A stretch of DNA of 64,000 bases from Candidatus Halobonum tyrrellensis G22 (GTDB taxonomy: Archaea > Halobacteriota > Halobacteria > Halobacteriales > Haloferacaceae): assembly GCF_000495475.1 (NCBI RefSeq), contig NZ_ASGZ01000029.1:8000-71999 (forward strand), in the 5' to 3' direction. Each line of letters opens with the position of its first letter. Position 1 is the first letter of the stretch. Of this stretch, positions 26,689 to 36,387 are shown piece by piece. The notes beneath the pieces were generated by a model. That model did no database searches. It was not told the origin of the DNA and was given only the letters and a program-made list of their open reading frames with translations. Position numbers and translations under genes: made by a program.

Positions 26689-27492
26689 GTGCGTGTGACG
26701 GTCGAACCCCGCCGCGTCGTCTCGCTCGCACCGAGCGCCACCGGGGCGGTCCGCGCGGTGGACGCGGCCGACGCGCTCGTCGGCGTCACCCACCACTGCG
26801 ACCCCGGCGGCGCGGCCGACGCGGGCGCCGGTCCCGCCGTCGTCGGCGGGTGGCCCGACCCCGACCGCGACCGGGTGGTCGAACTCGACCCCGACGCGGT
26901 GTTGACCTGCGACCCGCTCCAGCGGGAGACCGCCGAGGCGCTCCGCGAGCGGGGACTCCCGGTGACCCACGTCGAACCCGCGACGCTCGACGGCGCGTTC
27001 GACTCCCTCCGGACGCTCGCGGACGCCGTCGGCCGTCCGGCCGCGGGCGAACGGCTCGCGGCCGACTGCCGCCGCCGCGTCGACCGGGTCCGCGCGGCCG
27101 TCCCCGACGACCCCGCCGAGCGGCCGGTCGTCTACTGCGAGGAGTGGTCCGACCCGCCGATGGCCGCGGGCAACTGGGTGCCCGACGCGGTCCGGGCGGC
27201 GGGCGGCCGCTACCCGTTCGTCGGGAGCGGCGAGCGCTCCCGCCCGGTCGAGGACGGGGAGGTGCCCGCCGCCGACCCCGACCACGTCGTCCTCCACGTC
27301 TGCGGGCGCGGCGAGCGCTCGGACCCCGCGGCGCTCGACGGCCGCGGGTGGGACCTAGACGCCGCGGTCCACACCGTCGACGACGACCTGCTCAACCGGC
27401 CCGGCCCGCCGCTGGTGGAGGGTATCGAGACGCTCGCGTCCCTGTTTCACGGCGTCGACGCGGGCGGGGCGGCGCGCGTCGAGTCCGACTGA
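26689..27492 (+). CDS. ABC-transporter periplasmic binding protein, class III/BtuF-like (cobalamin or iron-siderophore type), or helical-backbone metal receptor
   Basis: RVVSLAPSATGAV...LVGVTHHCD...PDAVL follows the BtuF/FhuD-like pattern. The start is uncertain (GTG at 26689 or 26695), and no permease or ATPase gene is adjacent. Confidence 0.6.
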   Translation: MRVTVEPRRVVSLAPSATGAVRAVDAADALVGVTHHCDPGGAADAGAGPAVVGGWPDPDRDRVVELDPDAVLTCDPLQRETAEALRERGLPVTHVEPATLDGAFDSLRTLADAVGRPAAGERLAADCRRRVDRVRAAVPDDPAERPVVYCEEWSDPPMAAGNWVPDAVRAAGGRYPFVGSGERSRPVEDGEVPAADPDHVVLHVCGRGERSDPAALDGRGWDLDAAVHTVDDDLLNRPGPPLVEGIETLASLFHGVDAGGAARVESD

Positions 27493-27571
27493 GCGCCGGC
27501 GGCGACCCACGCGCCGCGTCGACCGCGGACCGACAGCTTCTCGGCCGCTCGGGCCGCCCGACCGCCCACAG

Positions 27572-28231
27572 ATGCGCGTAGGCGTCGGATCCGGCAACCC
27601 GGTGAAGGTCGACGCGACCGAACGTGCGCTCGCGGTCGGGACCGACGACGCGGGCGACGCGGCCGACGCGGAGGCCGTCGGCGTCGCCGGCGCCGAGCGG
27701 TTCCGCGGCGCGACCGTCGAGGCGTGTCCCGTCCCCTCGGGCGTCCCCGAACAGCCGCGGGGGCGCGCCGAGACGCGCCGCGGCGCCGAGAACCGCGCGG
27801 CGCGGGCGTTCGACGAGGGGTACGACCTCGGGGTGGGTATCGAGGGCGGCGTGGCCGAGCCGACGGACCCCGCCGCCGGCGCCGGCGCGGGTGCGGACGC
27901 CGGCGCGGACGGCGACGCGAGCGAGCGAACGCGCGCGCCGGCCGGGGGCGACGGCTCGCTCCTGCTCGTGATGTGGGCGGCGGTCACCGACGGCGAGCGG
28001 TGGGGCGCGGCCGCGGGACCGAGCCTCCCGCTCCCGGGAGCCGTGACCCGGCGCGTCCGCGACGGCGCGGAACTCGGCCCGGTGATGGACGACCTGCTGG
28101 GCGAAGAGGACGTGGCCCGCCGGCAGGGTGCGGCGGGCGCGCTCACCGGCGGGCGCGTCGACCGGGCCGACGCGCTCGCGACGGCGGTGGCGGGTGCGCT
28201 CGGGCCGTTCGTGACCGACCTGTACGACTAG
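27572..28231 (+). CDS. inosine/xanthosine triphosphatase-like non-canonical NTPase (DUF84/YjjX family)
   Basis: MRVGVGSGNPVKVDATERAL...; DUF84-type N-terminal GS.NP.K motif; 219 aa. Confidence 0.65.
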   Translation: MRVGVGSGNPVKVDATERALAVGTDDAGDAADAEAVGVAGAERFRGATVEACPVPSGVPEQPRGRAETRRGAENRAARAFDEGYDLGVGIEGGVAEPTDPAAGAGAGADAGADGDASERTRAPAGGDGSLLLVMWAAVTDGERWGAAAGPSLPLPGAVTRRVRDGAELGPVMDDLLGEEDVARRQGAAGALTGGRVDRADALATAVAGALGPFVTDLYD

Positions 28232-30129
28232 TCGTCGACGGGCGTCACGTCCGCGTCGGCGTCGAGTTCCTCGCTGCCGTCGACGGCCGCCGTCAGCGAG
28301 ACGTTCAGCCCGAGCATCGAGCCGACGCCGCCGACCACCGTGACGACGTTCTTGACCGCGTGGTCGAGCACCGCCGCGGCGAACGCGACGGCGGGGGGCG
28401 CGCCGCCGAGACCGACGACGAACGCGGTGAACGCCGCCTCGTACAGTCCGATGCCGCCGGGCGACAGCGGGAGCACCTTCGCGAGGTTGCCGACGGAGAC
28501 GGCGAAGAAGCCGACCGCGAGGAACTGGACGGGCGCCATCGACGCCAGCGCGTCGGGGAACGCCCCGAGTACGAGCAGCGCGGTCACCACGTCGAGCGTC
28601 CACACCGCGACCGAGGCGGCGCCCACCCGGAGGAACGACGACCGCCGCCCCGCGACCGTCTGGACGCCCGCGACGAACTCCTCGACGACGCCGACGACGT
28701 AGTCGACGTACGAGTCCGACGAGAACCGCGAGACCACCGCGCGGATGTAGTTCCGGTCGGTCCGCGCGGAGGCGACGATGGCCAGCAGGCCCGCGGCCGC
28801 GACCACACCCACGACCGCGGCCACCCGAACCGCGGTGCGGACCGCGCCGGGCGTGACGAACTCGCCGCCGACGTTGCCCGAGACGGCGGCCGCGATGTCG
28901 GCCGTGTTCCCGGTGACCAACAGGCCCAACAGCACCGTCCCGGCCATCGCGGTGATGGTGAGCAGGTCGAACACCCGCTCGGCGGCCAGCGAGGCGACGC
29001 CCGTGGGGTACGGGATGGCCCGCCGCGCCTTCACGACGTACGCCCGGACGGCGTCGCCCGCGCGCGCGGGGAACACCAGGTTCCCCGTCTGGCTGATGAA
29101 CACCGCGCCGGTCAGGAAGCCGACCGACTCGTCGTACCCCAACTCCGAGAGGATGTCCCGGTAGCGCATCCCGCGGAGCGGCCACGACAGCGCGTACACC
29201 ACCGCCGCGAGCGCGACCGGCCGGGGGTCGGCCTCGGTGAACGCCTCGACGACCGCGCTCGGGTCGAGATACACCGTCATCAGCGCGAGCGCGGCCAGCG
29301 TGAGGACCACCCCGGCGCCGACGGTGCGCCCGCGGGTGATGTGCGGCGACACCGACAGCTGCCAGAACAGCCGCACCACCTGGCTCCCCATGCCGAACAC
29401 GTCCCGCACCAGGTCGACCTTCGAGTCGTCCTTCGGCTCCCAGTCGACCGCGAACTCGTCGACCCGGAGCCCCGCCCGCTGGGCGCGCACCAGCAGTTCC
29501 GTGTCCCAAAACCAGTGGTCGTCCTCGATGTCGTCCGCGAGCGCCTCGAACGCCTCCCGGGAGACGGCCTTGAACCCGCACTGGTGGTCGCGGACGTCCG
29601 ACCGGAGGAGCGTCCGCACGATGGCGTTGAACCCCCGGCTCGGCACGCTCCGCTTTGTCGGCCGGTCGACGCGCGCGCCGGGCATCCACCGCGACCCGGT
29701 CGCGACGTCGTACCCGCCCGAACGGACCCGCTCGACGAGCGACTCCAGGTGGCGGACGTCGGTCGCCATGTCGGTGTCGAAGTAGACGAGGGTGTCGCCC
29801 GCCGCCCGCTCGAACGCGAACGAGAGCGCGCCGCCGCGCCCGAGGCGGCTGTCGCTGTGGAGGTGACGCACCCGGGCGTCGGCGGCGGCGAGTCGGTCCG
29901 CGATCTCCGGGGTGCGGTCGTCGCAGCCGTCCTCGGCGACGACCACCTCGAAGGCGTCGGCCGGGAGGAACCGTTCGAGCGCCTCGATGGTCGTCCGAAC
30001 CGTCGACTCGAGGCTCTCCTCCTCGTTGTACGCGGGGAGGACGACGCTCACCTCGACCGACGCCTCGCGGTCGCGGGTCCGGTCGACGGCCGCCCCGGGG
30101 CCCGCTCCCCCGTCGCCGACGCCACTCAT
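28228..30129 (-). CDS. GT2 dolichyl-phosphate hexosyltransferase fused to a C-terminal lysylphosphatidylglycerol-synthase-like multi-TM domain (AglD-like)
   Basis: The N-terminal GT-A domain (VVLPAYNEEESL, AEDGCDDRT, DTDM DxD) is followed by about 9 TM segments; the architecture and size (633 aa) resemble haloarchaeal AglD. The start is placed at ATG MSGVGDGG. Confidence 0.7.
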   Translation of the reverse strand: MSGVGDGGAGPGAAVDRTRDREASVEVSVVLPAYNEEESLESTVRTTIEALERFLPADAFEVVVAEDGCDDRTPEIADRLAAADARVRHLHSDSRLGRGGALSFAFERAAGDTLVYFDTDMATDVRHLESLVERVRSGGYDVATGSRWMPGARVDRPTKRSVPSRGFNAIVRTLLRSDVRDHQCGFKAVSREAFEALADDIEDDHWFWDTELLVRAQRAGLRVDEFAVDWEPKDDSKVDLVRDVFGMGSQVVRLFWQLSVSPHITRGRTVGAGVVLTLAALALMTVYLDPSAVVEAFTEADPRPVALAAVVYALSWPLRGMRYRDILSELGYDESVGFLTGAVFISQTGNLVFPARAGDAVRAYVVKARRAIPYPTGVASLAAERVFDLLTITAMAGTVLLGLLVTGNTADIAAAVSGNVGGEFVTPGAVRTAVRVAAVVGVVAAAGLLAIVASARTDRNYIRAVVSRFSSDSYVDYVVGVVEEFVAGVQTVAGRRSSFLRVGAASVAVWTLDVVTALLVLGAFPDALASMAPVQFLAVGFFAVSVGNLAKVLPLSPGGIGLYEAAFTAFVVGLGGAPPAVAFAAAVLDHAVKNVVTVVGGVGSMLGLNVSLTAAVDGSEELDADADVTPVDD

Positions 30130-30324
30130 TACGCCGCACGTGGGCCGTCGACGGGTAAGTAGCTTCTGTCTTCGTGGACCGGCGACGCGGTGTTTGACGA
30201 CCGTACCGCCCGCGGGGGTGCGGGGGGTGGTCGACACGGGGTTCGAGCGGCGTAATCGCCGGACTGCGGCGCGTTAACCCCGTGTACCAAACCCCCTATG
30301 GGACGGCGACCCATCCGTCCGGGT

Positions 30325-30651
30325 ATGAGCGCGACCGAGACCACGACGGCGGAGGCGGCCGCGGCGGACACGACCGAGGCGACGGAGGCGACCGGGACGA
30401 CCGAACGGGCGGAGTCGGCCGACGCCCCGGCGGCCGTCGACCTGACCGACAAGCAGGCGCGGATCCTCGCGTACCTCCGCGACCGCTCTGCGACCCAGAC
30501 CTACTTCAAGTCGCGGCTGATCGCGGAGGACCTCGACATGAGCGCGAAGGAGGTGGGCGCGAACATGGGACCCATCTGCGATGGGGAGTTCGACCTCACG
30601 GTCGAGAAGTGGGGGTACAGTTCGGGCACGACGTGGATGGTCACGGCCTGA
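30325..30651 (+). CDS. hypothetical protein with an acidic Thr/Ala-rich N-terminus and a small HTH-like C-terminal domain
   Basis: 108 aa; LTDKQARILAYLRDRSATQTYFKSRLIAEDLDMSAKEVGANM is wHTH-like; conserved-looking composition. Confidence 0.5.
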   Translation: MSATETTTAEAAAADTTEATEATGTTERAESADAPAAVDLTDKQARILAYLRDRSATQTYFKSRLIAEDLDMSAKEVGANMGPICDGEFDLTVEKWGYSSGTTWMVTA

Positions 30652-30669
30652 CCCGAGCGGGTCGGGCGG

Positions 30670-31314
30670 TCAGCCGTCGTAGCTGATGTACGACGCCGCC
30701 TCGTCGGCGAACGCGACGGCGTCGGGACCGAACGAGTCGGCGTACCGGACGACGAGCGTGATGACCGCCTCCGGGCGCGCCACCCGGTAGCCGTCCGAGC
30801 GGTCGAGCAGGCCCGCGTCGTCGAGTTCGCCCGCGTAGTTGCTCACGGTCGCTCGCGAGACGTCGAGCGCGCGCGCCACGTCCGCACCGGTCGCCTCGGG
30901 GTCGCGCAACAGCGCGAGCAACATCCCGCGCGGCGTCGACCGGCGGAGGTAGCCGAGCGCGCGCCGCTCGAACGGCGAGAACCGCCCGGCGGGGTAGAAG
31001 CGCCGGTAGTCGCCGTCCTTCACCGAGACGACCGCGCCGTCACGCTCCAGCCGCCGGAGGTGGTGTTGGGTCTCGCCGGTGCCGAGTTTGAGGTCGTCCC
31101 GGAGCTTCGAGAAGTGTGCGCCCGGCGTCGTCGCCAGGTAGCCGCGGATGGCGTCGCGGACGTCGGAGCTGTCCTCGTCGCCGTCGTCCGCCGCGGCGCG
31201 ACCGCTGGCCACCAGCGGCGTCGCGGTCCCGAGCGCGGCGAACCGCCGGAGCGTCGCCCGCTTGTCGGGGTCGACCTCGCGCGTCACGAACCACCGTACT
31301 CGGACGGCGGGCAA
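30670..31314 (-). CDS. tandem winged-helix (ArsR/TrmB-like) transcriptional regulator; the N-terminus resembles a Tat signal
   Basis: Two wHTH-like units (HFSKLRDDLKLGTGETQHHLRRLERDGAVV and ADVARALDVSRATVSNYAGELDDAGLL); the N-terminal DKRATLRRFAALGTATPLVASG resembles a twin-arginine motif. The start is uncertain. Confidence 0.6.
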   Translation of the reverse strand: MPAVRVRWFVTREVDPDKRATLRRFAALGTATPLVASGRAAADDGDEDSSDVRDAIRGYLATTPGAHFSKLRDDLKLGTGETQHHLRRLERDGAVVSVKDGDYRRFYPAGRFSPFERRALGYLRRSTPRGMLLALLRDPEATGADVARALDVSRATVSNYAGELDDAGLLDRSDGYRVARPEAVITLVVRYADSFGPDAVAFADEAASYISYDG

Positions 31315-31402
31315 AAGGGTATCGCAGCCGGTATCGGGACCGATACCCCGGGGGGCGGTCGGACCGCTGGAGGGCTACGCGCCGCCCCGGCCGGGCCCGT
31401 CG

Positions 31403-32599
31403 TTACTCGCTCTCCGGCTCCGGCTCCCGTTCGCGGTCGTCCGCCGGCGCGCCGTCGCCGACGTCGGCCTCGTCGACCACCTCGTCGGCCGGCCTGATCT
31501 CGTCGTCCTCGTTGGCCTCCTCGATCACCTCGTCGGCCGACTTGATGTCGGGCATGTCGCCCGACTTCACCGCCTCCGCCTCCTGTTCGAGCTGCTCGGT
31601 GTCCATCTCGGCGGCCTCGTCGATCTGACCGAGGATCTCGTCGATGTCGTCGAGACCGATGAGTTCGCGCGTCTCCTCGTCGAACTCCAGCGAGTCGAGC
31701 CCCGCGGACTCCTGTACGTCGCTGTCGGTCAACTGCTTGCCGTACCGGCCGACGAGGCTGGTGAGCTCCTGCGGGAGGACGAACGTCGTCGACTCGCCCT
31801 GCCCGATGCTCTCGAGCGTCTCCATCCCCTTGTCGATGATCGCCCGTTCGCCCATCGACTCCGCCGACTTCGCGCGGAGGACGGTCGAGACGGCGTCACC
31901 CTGCGCTTCGAGGATCTGGCTCTGTTTCTCCCCCTGTGCGCGGATGATGTTCGACTGCTTTTCACCCTCCGCGCTCTCGACGGCGGAGCGCCGTTCACCC
32001 TGCGCTTCGAGGATCATCGCGCGGCGGCGGCGTTCAGCCGACGTCTGCTGCTCCATCGCCTGCTGGACGTCCTGGGAGGGGTTGACCTCGCGCACCTCGA
32101 CCGACTCGACGCGGATCCCCCACTCGTCGGTGGGCTCGTCGAGTTCCTTCCGGATCCGGGCGTTGATCTCCTGGCGCTTGTTGAGCGTGTCGTCGAGTTC
32201 CATGTCGCCCAACACGGCGCGGAGCGTGGTCTGGGCGAGGTTCGAGACCGCGGTCTTGTAGTCCTCGACTTCGAGGAACGCCTTCTTGGCGTCCATCACC
32301 TTGATGTAGACGACGGCGTCGGCGGTCACCGGGGAGTTGTCCCGGGTGATCGCCTCCTGTCTGGGCACGTCCAGCGTCTGGGTCCGCATGTCGAACGTGT
32401 ACGTCCGCGAGACGAACGGCGGGACGATATTGATACCCGGTTCGAGCAGTTTGCGGTACTCGCCGAACACCGTGAGCGCCTTCTTCTCGTAGGCGTCGAC
32501 GATGACGATCGCCTGGTAGACCGCCACCACCACCACGAGCAGGAACAGCAGTCCCACGACGGCCGCGGCGAGGCCGGCTGTCTGGAGTATGAGGACCAT
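31403..32599 (-). CDS. SPFH/band-7 (stomatin-like) membrane protein
   Basis: An N-terminal TM helix, an SPFH domain (VPRQEAITRDNSPVTADAVVYIKV...), a coiled-coil region, and a long acidic C-terminal tail. Confidence 0.88.
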   Translation of the reverse strand: MVLILQTAGLAAAVVGLLFLLVVVVAVYQAIVIVDAYEKKALTVFGEYRKLLEPGINIVPPFVSRTYTFDMRTQTLDVPRQEAITRDNSPVTADAVVYIKVMDAKKAFLEVEDYKTAVSNLAQTTLRAVLGDMELDDTLNKRQEINARIRKELDEPTDEWGIRVESVEVREVNPSQDVQQAMEQQTSAERRRRAMILEAQGERRSAVESAEGEKQSNIIRAQGEKQSQILEAQGDAVSTVLRAKSAESMGERAIIDKGMETLESIGQGESTTFVLPQELTSLVGRYGKQLTDSDVQESAGLDSLEFDEETRELIGLDDIDEILGQIDEAAEMDTEQLEQEAEAVKSGDMPDIKSADEVIEEANEDDEIRPADEVVDEADVGDGAPADDREREPEPESE

Positions 32600-32729
32600 T
32601 CCCTAGCGAGTTCGCTCCCTCCGGTCTTAATGGTTCGCACCGCCGCGGGCGGCCGGTTTTCGCGCCGTCACCCCGCCCGGTTCGCGTTCCCGCCGGGCGG
32701 GTCCCCCGGGTGGTCGGGGCGCCGCGGTC

Positions 32730-33326
32730 TCACTCCAGTTCGCGCTCCCGTCCGTCCTCCCCGGGGTCGGTCTCGCGCTCGCGCTCCCCCCGGTCGGTCG
32801 CCTCGCGCCGCTGGCGTTCGCGGGCGAGTTCGCGGTCGATGTCGTCGACGCCGCCGGAGAGCGACTCGACGGTGAGCACGTTGCCGCCGCCGGGGTCGAC
32901 CACCATCACGTCCGTCCCCACGGCGATCTCGCCGTCGACCGAGCGCGCGGAGTAGTGGGGGCTGAACCCACCCTCGTCGAGTTTGATCTCGCCGCCCCGC
33001 GGCGTCACGGTCTCGGTGACGTGGCCGGTCGCCCCGCGGAGCGACCCCGAGTCGGAGGTCTGCGCCTGGCCCTTGCCGCCGTAGATGTCGAGTTCCCGGT
33101 AGCCGTAGAAGGCGAGCGCGCCGAACAACAGCACCAGGAATCCGAGCACGAACGGCGTCGCGAGCGGTCCGCCGAGGAGTCCGACCAGCCCCGCGGCGAG
33201 CAGCGCGACCCCGAGGACCACCAGGTGGGCACCCGGCGCGAGCGCTTCGAGCAGCGAGACGACCAGCCCCGACGCGATCAACAGCAGCGGGAGGGTGTCG
33301 GGACCGAGGAGGTCGGTCTGGAGCAT
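32730..33326 (-). CDS. NfeD-family membrane protein (stomatin partner, OB-fold C-terminus)
   Basis: 198 aa from ATG MLQTDLLG; hydrophobic N-terminal TM region followed by a C-terminal beta-rich NfeD-like domain; immediately upstream of the SPFH gene on the same strand. Confidence 0.7.
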   Translation of the reverse strand: MLQTDLLGPDTLPLLLIASGLVVSLLEALAPGAHLVVLGVALLAAGLVGLLGGPLATPFVLGFLVLLFGALAFYGYRELDIYGGKGQAQTSDSGSLRGATGHVTETVTPRGGEIKLDEGGFSPHYSARSVDGEIAVGTDVMVVDPGGGNVLTVESLSGGVDDIDRELARERQRREATDRGERERETDPGEDGRERELE

Positions 33327-33349
33327 GGGAGGTGGTCGGTCGGCGGCTA

Positions 33350-33562
33350 CTAAAGCGTAGCCGAGAGCAACACCGCGAGGGTCCCGAGCGCTCCGAGCAC
33401 GACGAACAGCGCGTTCTCGGTCGACACCGACTCGGGTTCGATCGGCGTCGGCTCCGGGCCGACCACGCCGTTCTCGTCGACGTCGTCGAGACCGAACCGC
33501 CACTCGTCGTCCCGGCCGTCGTCGTCGGCCGTCACGCGGTCGGCGTCTGACCGGTCACTCAT
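33350..33562 (-). CDS. hypothetical small protein with a C-terminal TM anchor
   Basis: 70 aa with an acidic N-terminus and a C-terminal hydrophobic helix ALFVVLGALGTLAVLL; 24 nt upstream of NfeD on the same strand. Confidence 0.4.
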   Translation of the reverse strand: MSDRSDADRVTADDDGRDDEWRFGLDDVDENGVVGPEPTPIEPESVSTENALFVVLGALGTLAVLLSATL

Positions 33563-33742
33563 ACCCGTAGCGTACGCCCGTCCGCGATAAAGGGGTGTCG
33601 GGTGACGGTGGTCCCGGACCGTCGCGTCCCCGCCGGGGCGGAGCGTCTCGCGGCCGCCGGGACGTCTGTGGCCGTCGGGGCGTCACGCTGCCGGGCCCCG
33701 GGTGCGGGTGATCCGACGGATCGGGTCCTCGTCCCCGGCGCC

Positions 33743-35503
33743 TCAGTGTTCGCGGGCGGGCGACACCACGTCGCCCTCGTAGACGACGCCGCGTTCGCCG
33801 TCGAGCGTCACCGTCGTCCCGTCTCGGAGGTCGTCGGGGAGCGGCGCGCCCGACACCATCGGCACGCCCACCTCGCGGGCGACCAGCGCGGGGTAGCCGG
33901 TCATCCCGGCGCGCGCGTCGACGATGCCGCCGATCGACGCGGTGTCGCCGTCGAACTCGCCGTCGAAGTCGGCGGGCAGGTAGACGATGCTGCCCGCGGG
34001 CAGGTCGGTGAGGTCGCCGTCGCGCACGCGGTAGACCGGGCCGGCGGCCCGTCCGGCGACCACGCTCCGGCCGGTGGCGACCGTCTCGGCGGCGACGTGG
34101 AGTTTGAGCGTGTTGGTCGTGCTCGTCCCCTCCAGTTCGGTCATCATCCCCGAGAGGACGACCAGCGTGTCGCCCGACGACGCGACGCCCGCGTCGAGGG
34201 CGGCGGAGACGGCGGAGTCCATCACGCCCTCGATGCCCGGCGAGTAGTCGGTGTACATCGGCCGCACGCCCCACGAGAGCACGAGTTGGCGGCGCACACG
34301 GTTGTCGGGCGTCGTCGCGATGACGGGGACGCCCGGGCGGAACTTCGCCGCCTTCCGCGCGGTGTACCCCGACTCGGTGGCGGCGACGACGCTCGCGGCG
34401 TCGGTGTCGCGCGCGAGGTAGCGCGCCGACCGCGCGAGCGCCTCCGTCCGCGAGTCGCCGTCGGCGAAGGGGACGCGCTCCTCGCGGGTCTCGTCGTACT
34501 CGGTGCTGGTCTCGACCTGCCGGACGATCCGGTCCATCGTCTCGACCACCCGCACGGGGTGGTCGCCGATCGCGGTCTCGCCCGACAGCATCACCGCGTC
34601 GGTGCCGTCGAGCACCGCGTTCGCCACGTCCGACGCCTCCGCGCGGGTCGGCCGGCGCGCGTGGACCATCGAGTCGAGCATCTCGGTCGCCGTGATGACG
34701 GGCGTCCCGGTGTTGACACACCGACGGATGATCCGCTTTTGGATCATCGGGACGTCCTCCAGCGGGCACTCCACCCCGAGGTCGCCGCGCGCGACCATCA
34801 CGCCGTACGCCGCCTCGACGATGCCTTCGAGGTTCTCGACGGCGCCCGCGCGTTCGATCTTGGCGACGATCGGGATCTCGCCGGCGCCGCGCTCTTCGAG
34901 CGCGTCCGACACCGCGTACACGTCGTCGGCGTCGCGGATGAACGACGCCGCGACGAAGTCGACCCCCTTCTCGGCCGCCAGGTCGAGTTCCCGCTCGTCG
35001 CGTTCGGTGATCGTGTCCAGCCCCAGGTCCACCCCGGGGACGTTCACCCCCTTCCGCGAGCCGAGTTCGCCGCCCGACACGACGTGCGCGACCACCGCGC
35101 CGTCGTCGGTCACGCGCTCGACGGTCGCCTCGATCCGGCCGTCGTCGAGCAACACCACGTCGCCCGCCTCGGCGGCCGCGATCGGGTAGCTCACCCCCAC
35201 CTCCTCGGGGGTGGTGGTGTCGCCCTCGACGAACCGCACCTCCGACCCGGTTTCGAGTCGGACCGACTCGTCGGTCTCGGCGGTCCTGACCTCCGGTCCC
35301 TGGAGGTCGAGCATCGCCGCCAGCGGTCGGTCGGTCGCGCCGTCGACGGTGCGGATGCGGTCGATGACGTTCCCCCGGTGGTCGGTGTCGCCGTGGCTGG
35401 CGTTGAGTCGCGCCACGGCCATCCCCGCGTCCGACAACCCCCGTATCGTCCCCCGGTCGTCGGAGGCGGGCCCCAGCGTACAGACGATCTTCGCGCGTCG
35501 CAT
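33743..35503 (-). CDS. pykA: pyruvate kinase with a C-terminal PEP-utilising-enzyme mobile domain
   Basis: MRRAKIVCTLGPAS..., the K+/Mg site regions, and the MVARGDLG motif; the C-terminal roughly 100 aa is a PEP_utilizers-like swivel domain (GGIVDARAGMTGYPALVARE). Confidence 0.92.
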   Translation of the reverse strand: MRRAKIVCTLGPASDDRGTIRGLSDAGMAVARLNASHGDTDHRGNVIDRIRTVDGATDRPLAAMLDLQGPEVRTAETDESVRLETGSEVRFVEGDTTTPEEVGVSYPIAAAEAGDVVLLDDGRIEATVERVTDDGAVVAHVVSGGELGSRKGVNVPGVDLGLDTITERDERELDLAAEKGVDFVAASFIRDADDVYAVSDALEERGAGEIPIVAKIERAGAVENLEGIVEAAYGVMVARGDLGVECPLEDVPMIQKRIIRRCVNTGTPVITATEMLDSMVHARRPTRAEASDVANAVLDGTDAVMLSGETAIGDHPVRVVETMDRIVRQVETSTEYDETREERVPFADGDSRTEALARSARYLARDTDAASVVAATESGYTARKAAKFRPGVPVIATTPDNRVRRQLVLSWGVRPMYTDYSPGIEGVMDSAVSAALDAGVASSGDTLVVLSGMMTELEGTSTTNTLKLHVAAETVATGRSVVAGRAAGPVYRVRDGDLTDLPAGSIVYLPADFDGEFDGDTASIGGIVDARAGMTGYPALVAREVGVPMVSGAPLPDDLRDGTTVTLDGERGVVYEGDVVSPAREH

Positions 35504-35703
35504 TCTTGTCGGTGCTTCTCGCTCGGCCGGGATAAAGGTACGACGATGGAGTCGGGTACGAGTGAATCCCGCCCGCTCCGTAGTGGTACGTTGTCACCGG
35601 GTCACGTCCGGTCTCGACGGCGGGCCGTCGGGGGGCGCACCTCGCTCGACCCGCCCGGCCCCCTCGCTCGGCCCGTTCGGCTCACTCGCTCGGCCCGTTC
35701 GGC

Positions 35704-36387
35704 TCACTCGGCGTCCGCGGTCCGGGTGCGGGCCGGGTCGGGCGCGCCGAGGCCCGACAGGAGTTCGGTCGTCGTCGCCACCGCCGCGAACTCCCCTTCC
35801 AACCCCGCGAGCGCGGTCCGGTGGACCGTCTCGGCGTCGAACGTCTCGCCGCCGTACGCGCGCTCGTGGGTCGCCGTCGCGTCGGCGACGACGGTCGGCG
35901 CGAACCCGAGGTTCTCCGCCATCCGGACCGTCGTGGAGACGCAGTGGTCAGTGGTCAGCCCCGCGACCACCAGCCGTTCGTGGCCCGCCTCGCGGAGCCG
36001 CGCTTCGAGGTCGGTTCCGACGAACCCCGAGTTGACCGACTTGACGAGTTCGGCCTCGCCGTCGGCGGGTTCGAGACCGTCGGCGAACGCGAACCCCGGC
36101 CGGTCGCCCCGGAGCGGCGAGTCCGGCTCCGTCGAGTCGTGTCTGACGTGAAACACGTCGCCGCCGCGCTCGCGCCACGCCGCGAGCAGGCGTCGGGCGT
36201 TCGACTCCGCGTTCGGGTTGTTCCGGGTGCCCCACGAGGGGTCGTCGAACCCCGCCTGGAAGTCGACGAGCACGAGCGCCGGAAGTCGGCTCTCGGCGTT
36301 CGCGTCGGGTGCCGCGTCGCCGCCCGCGCCGACGCCCGCATCCGCGCCGGTCGCGCGGTCCGCCGCGCCGTCGTCCGCCCCGCCCAT
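35704..36387 (-). CDS. isochorismatase-family cysteine hydrolase
   Basis: ALVLVDFQ..F, the catalytic-Cys region [18 protein letters not shown], and a low-complexity Gly/Ala/Asp N-terminus; its start overlaps the stop of the YqcI/YcgG gene by 1 nt. Confidence 0.75.
   Translation of the reverse strand: MGGADDGAADRATGADAGVGAGGDAAPDANAESRLPALVLVDFQAGFDDPSWGTRNNPNAESNARRLLAAWRERGGDVFHVRHDSTEPDSPLRGDRPGFAFADGLEPADGEAELVKSVNSGFVGTDLEARLREAGHERLVVAGLTTDHCVSTTVRMAENLGFAPTVVADATATHERAYGGETFDAETVHRTALAGLEGEFAAVATTTELLSGLGAPDPARTRTADAE

Noticed and set aside
35667-35712. 23-bp tandem duplication cgctcggcccgttcggctcactc x2
   Set aside because: It is a single duplication lying at or over the 3' end of the isochorismatase gene, likely a slippage artefact of no clear function. 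It is mentioned under the YqcI finding only.
33602-36151. 849-aa plus-strand ORF
   Set aside because: It is antisense to pyruvate kinase and the isochorismatase gene, with Arg/Val/Gly-rich composition and no motifs.
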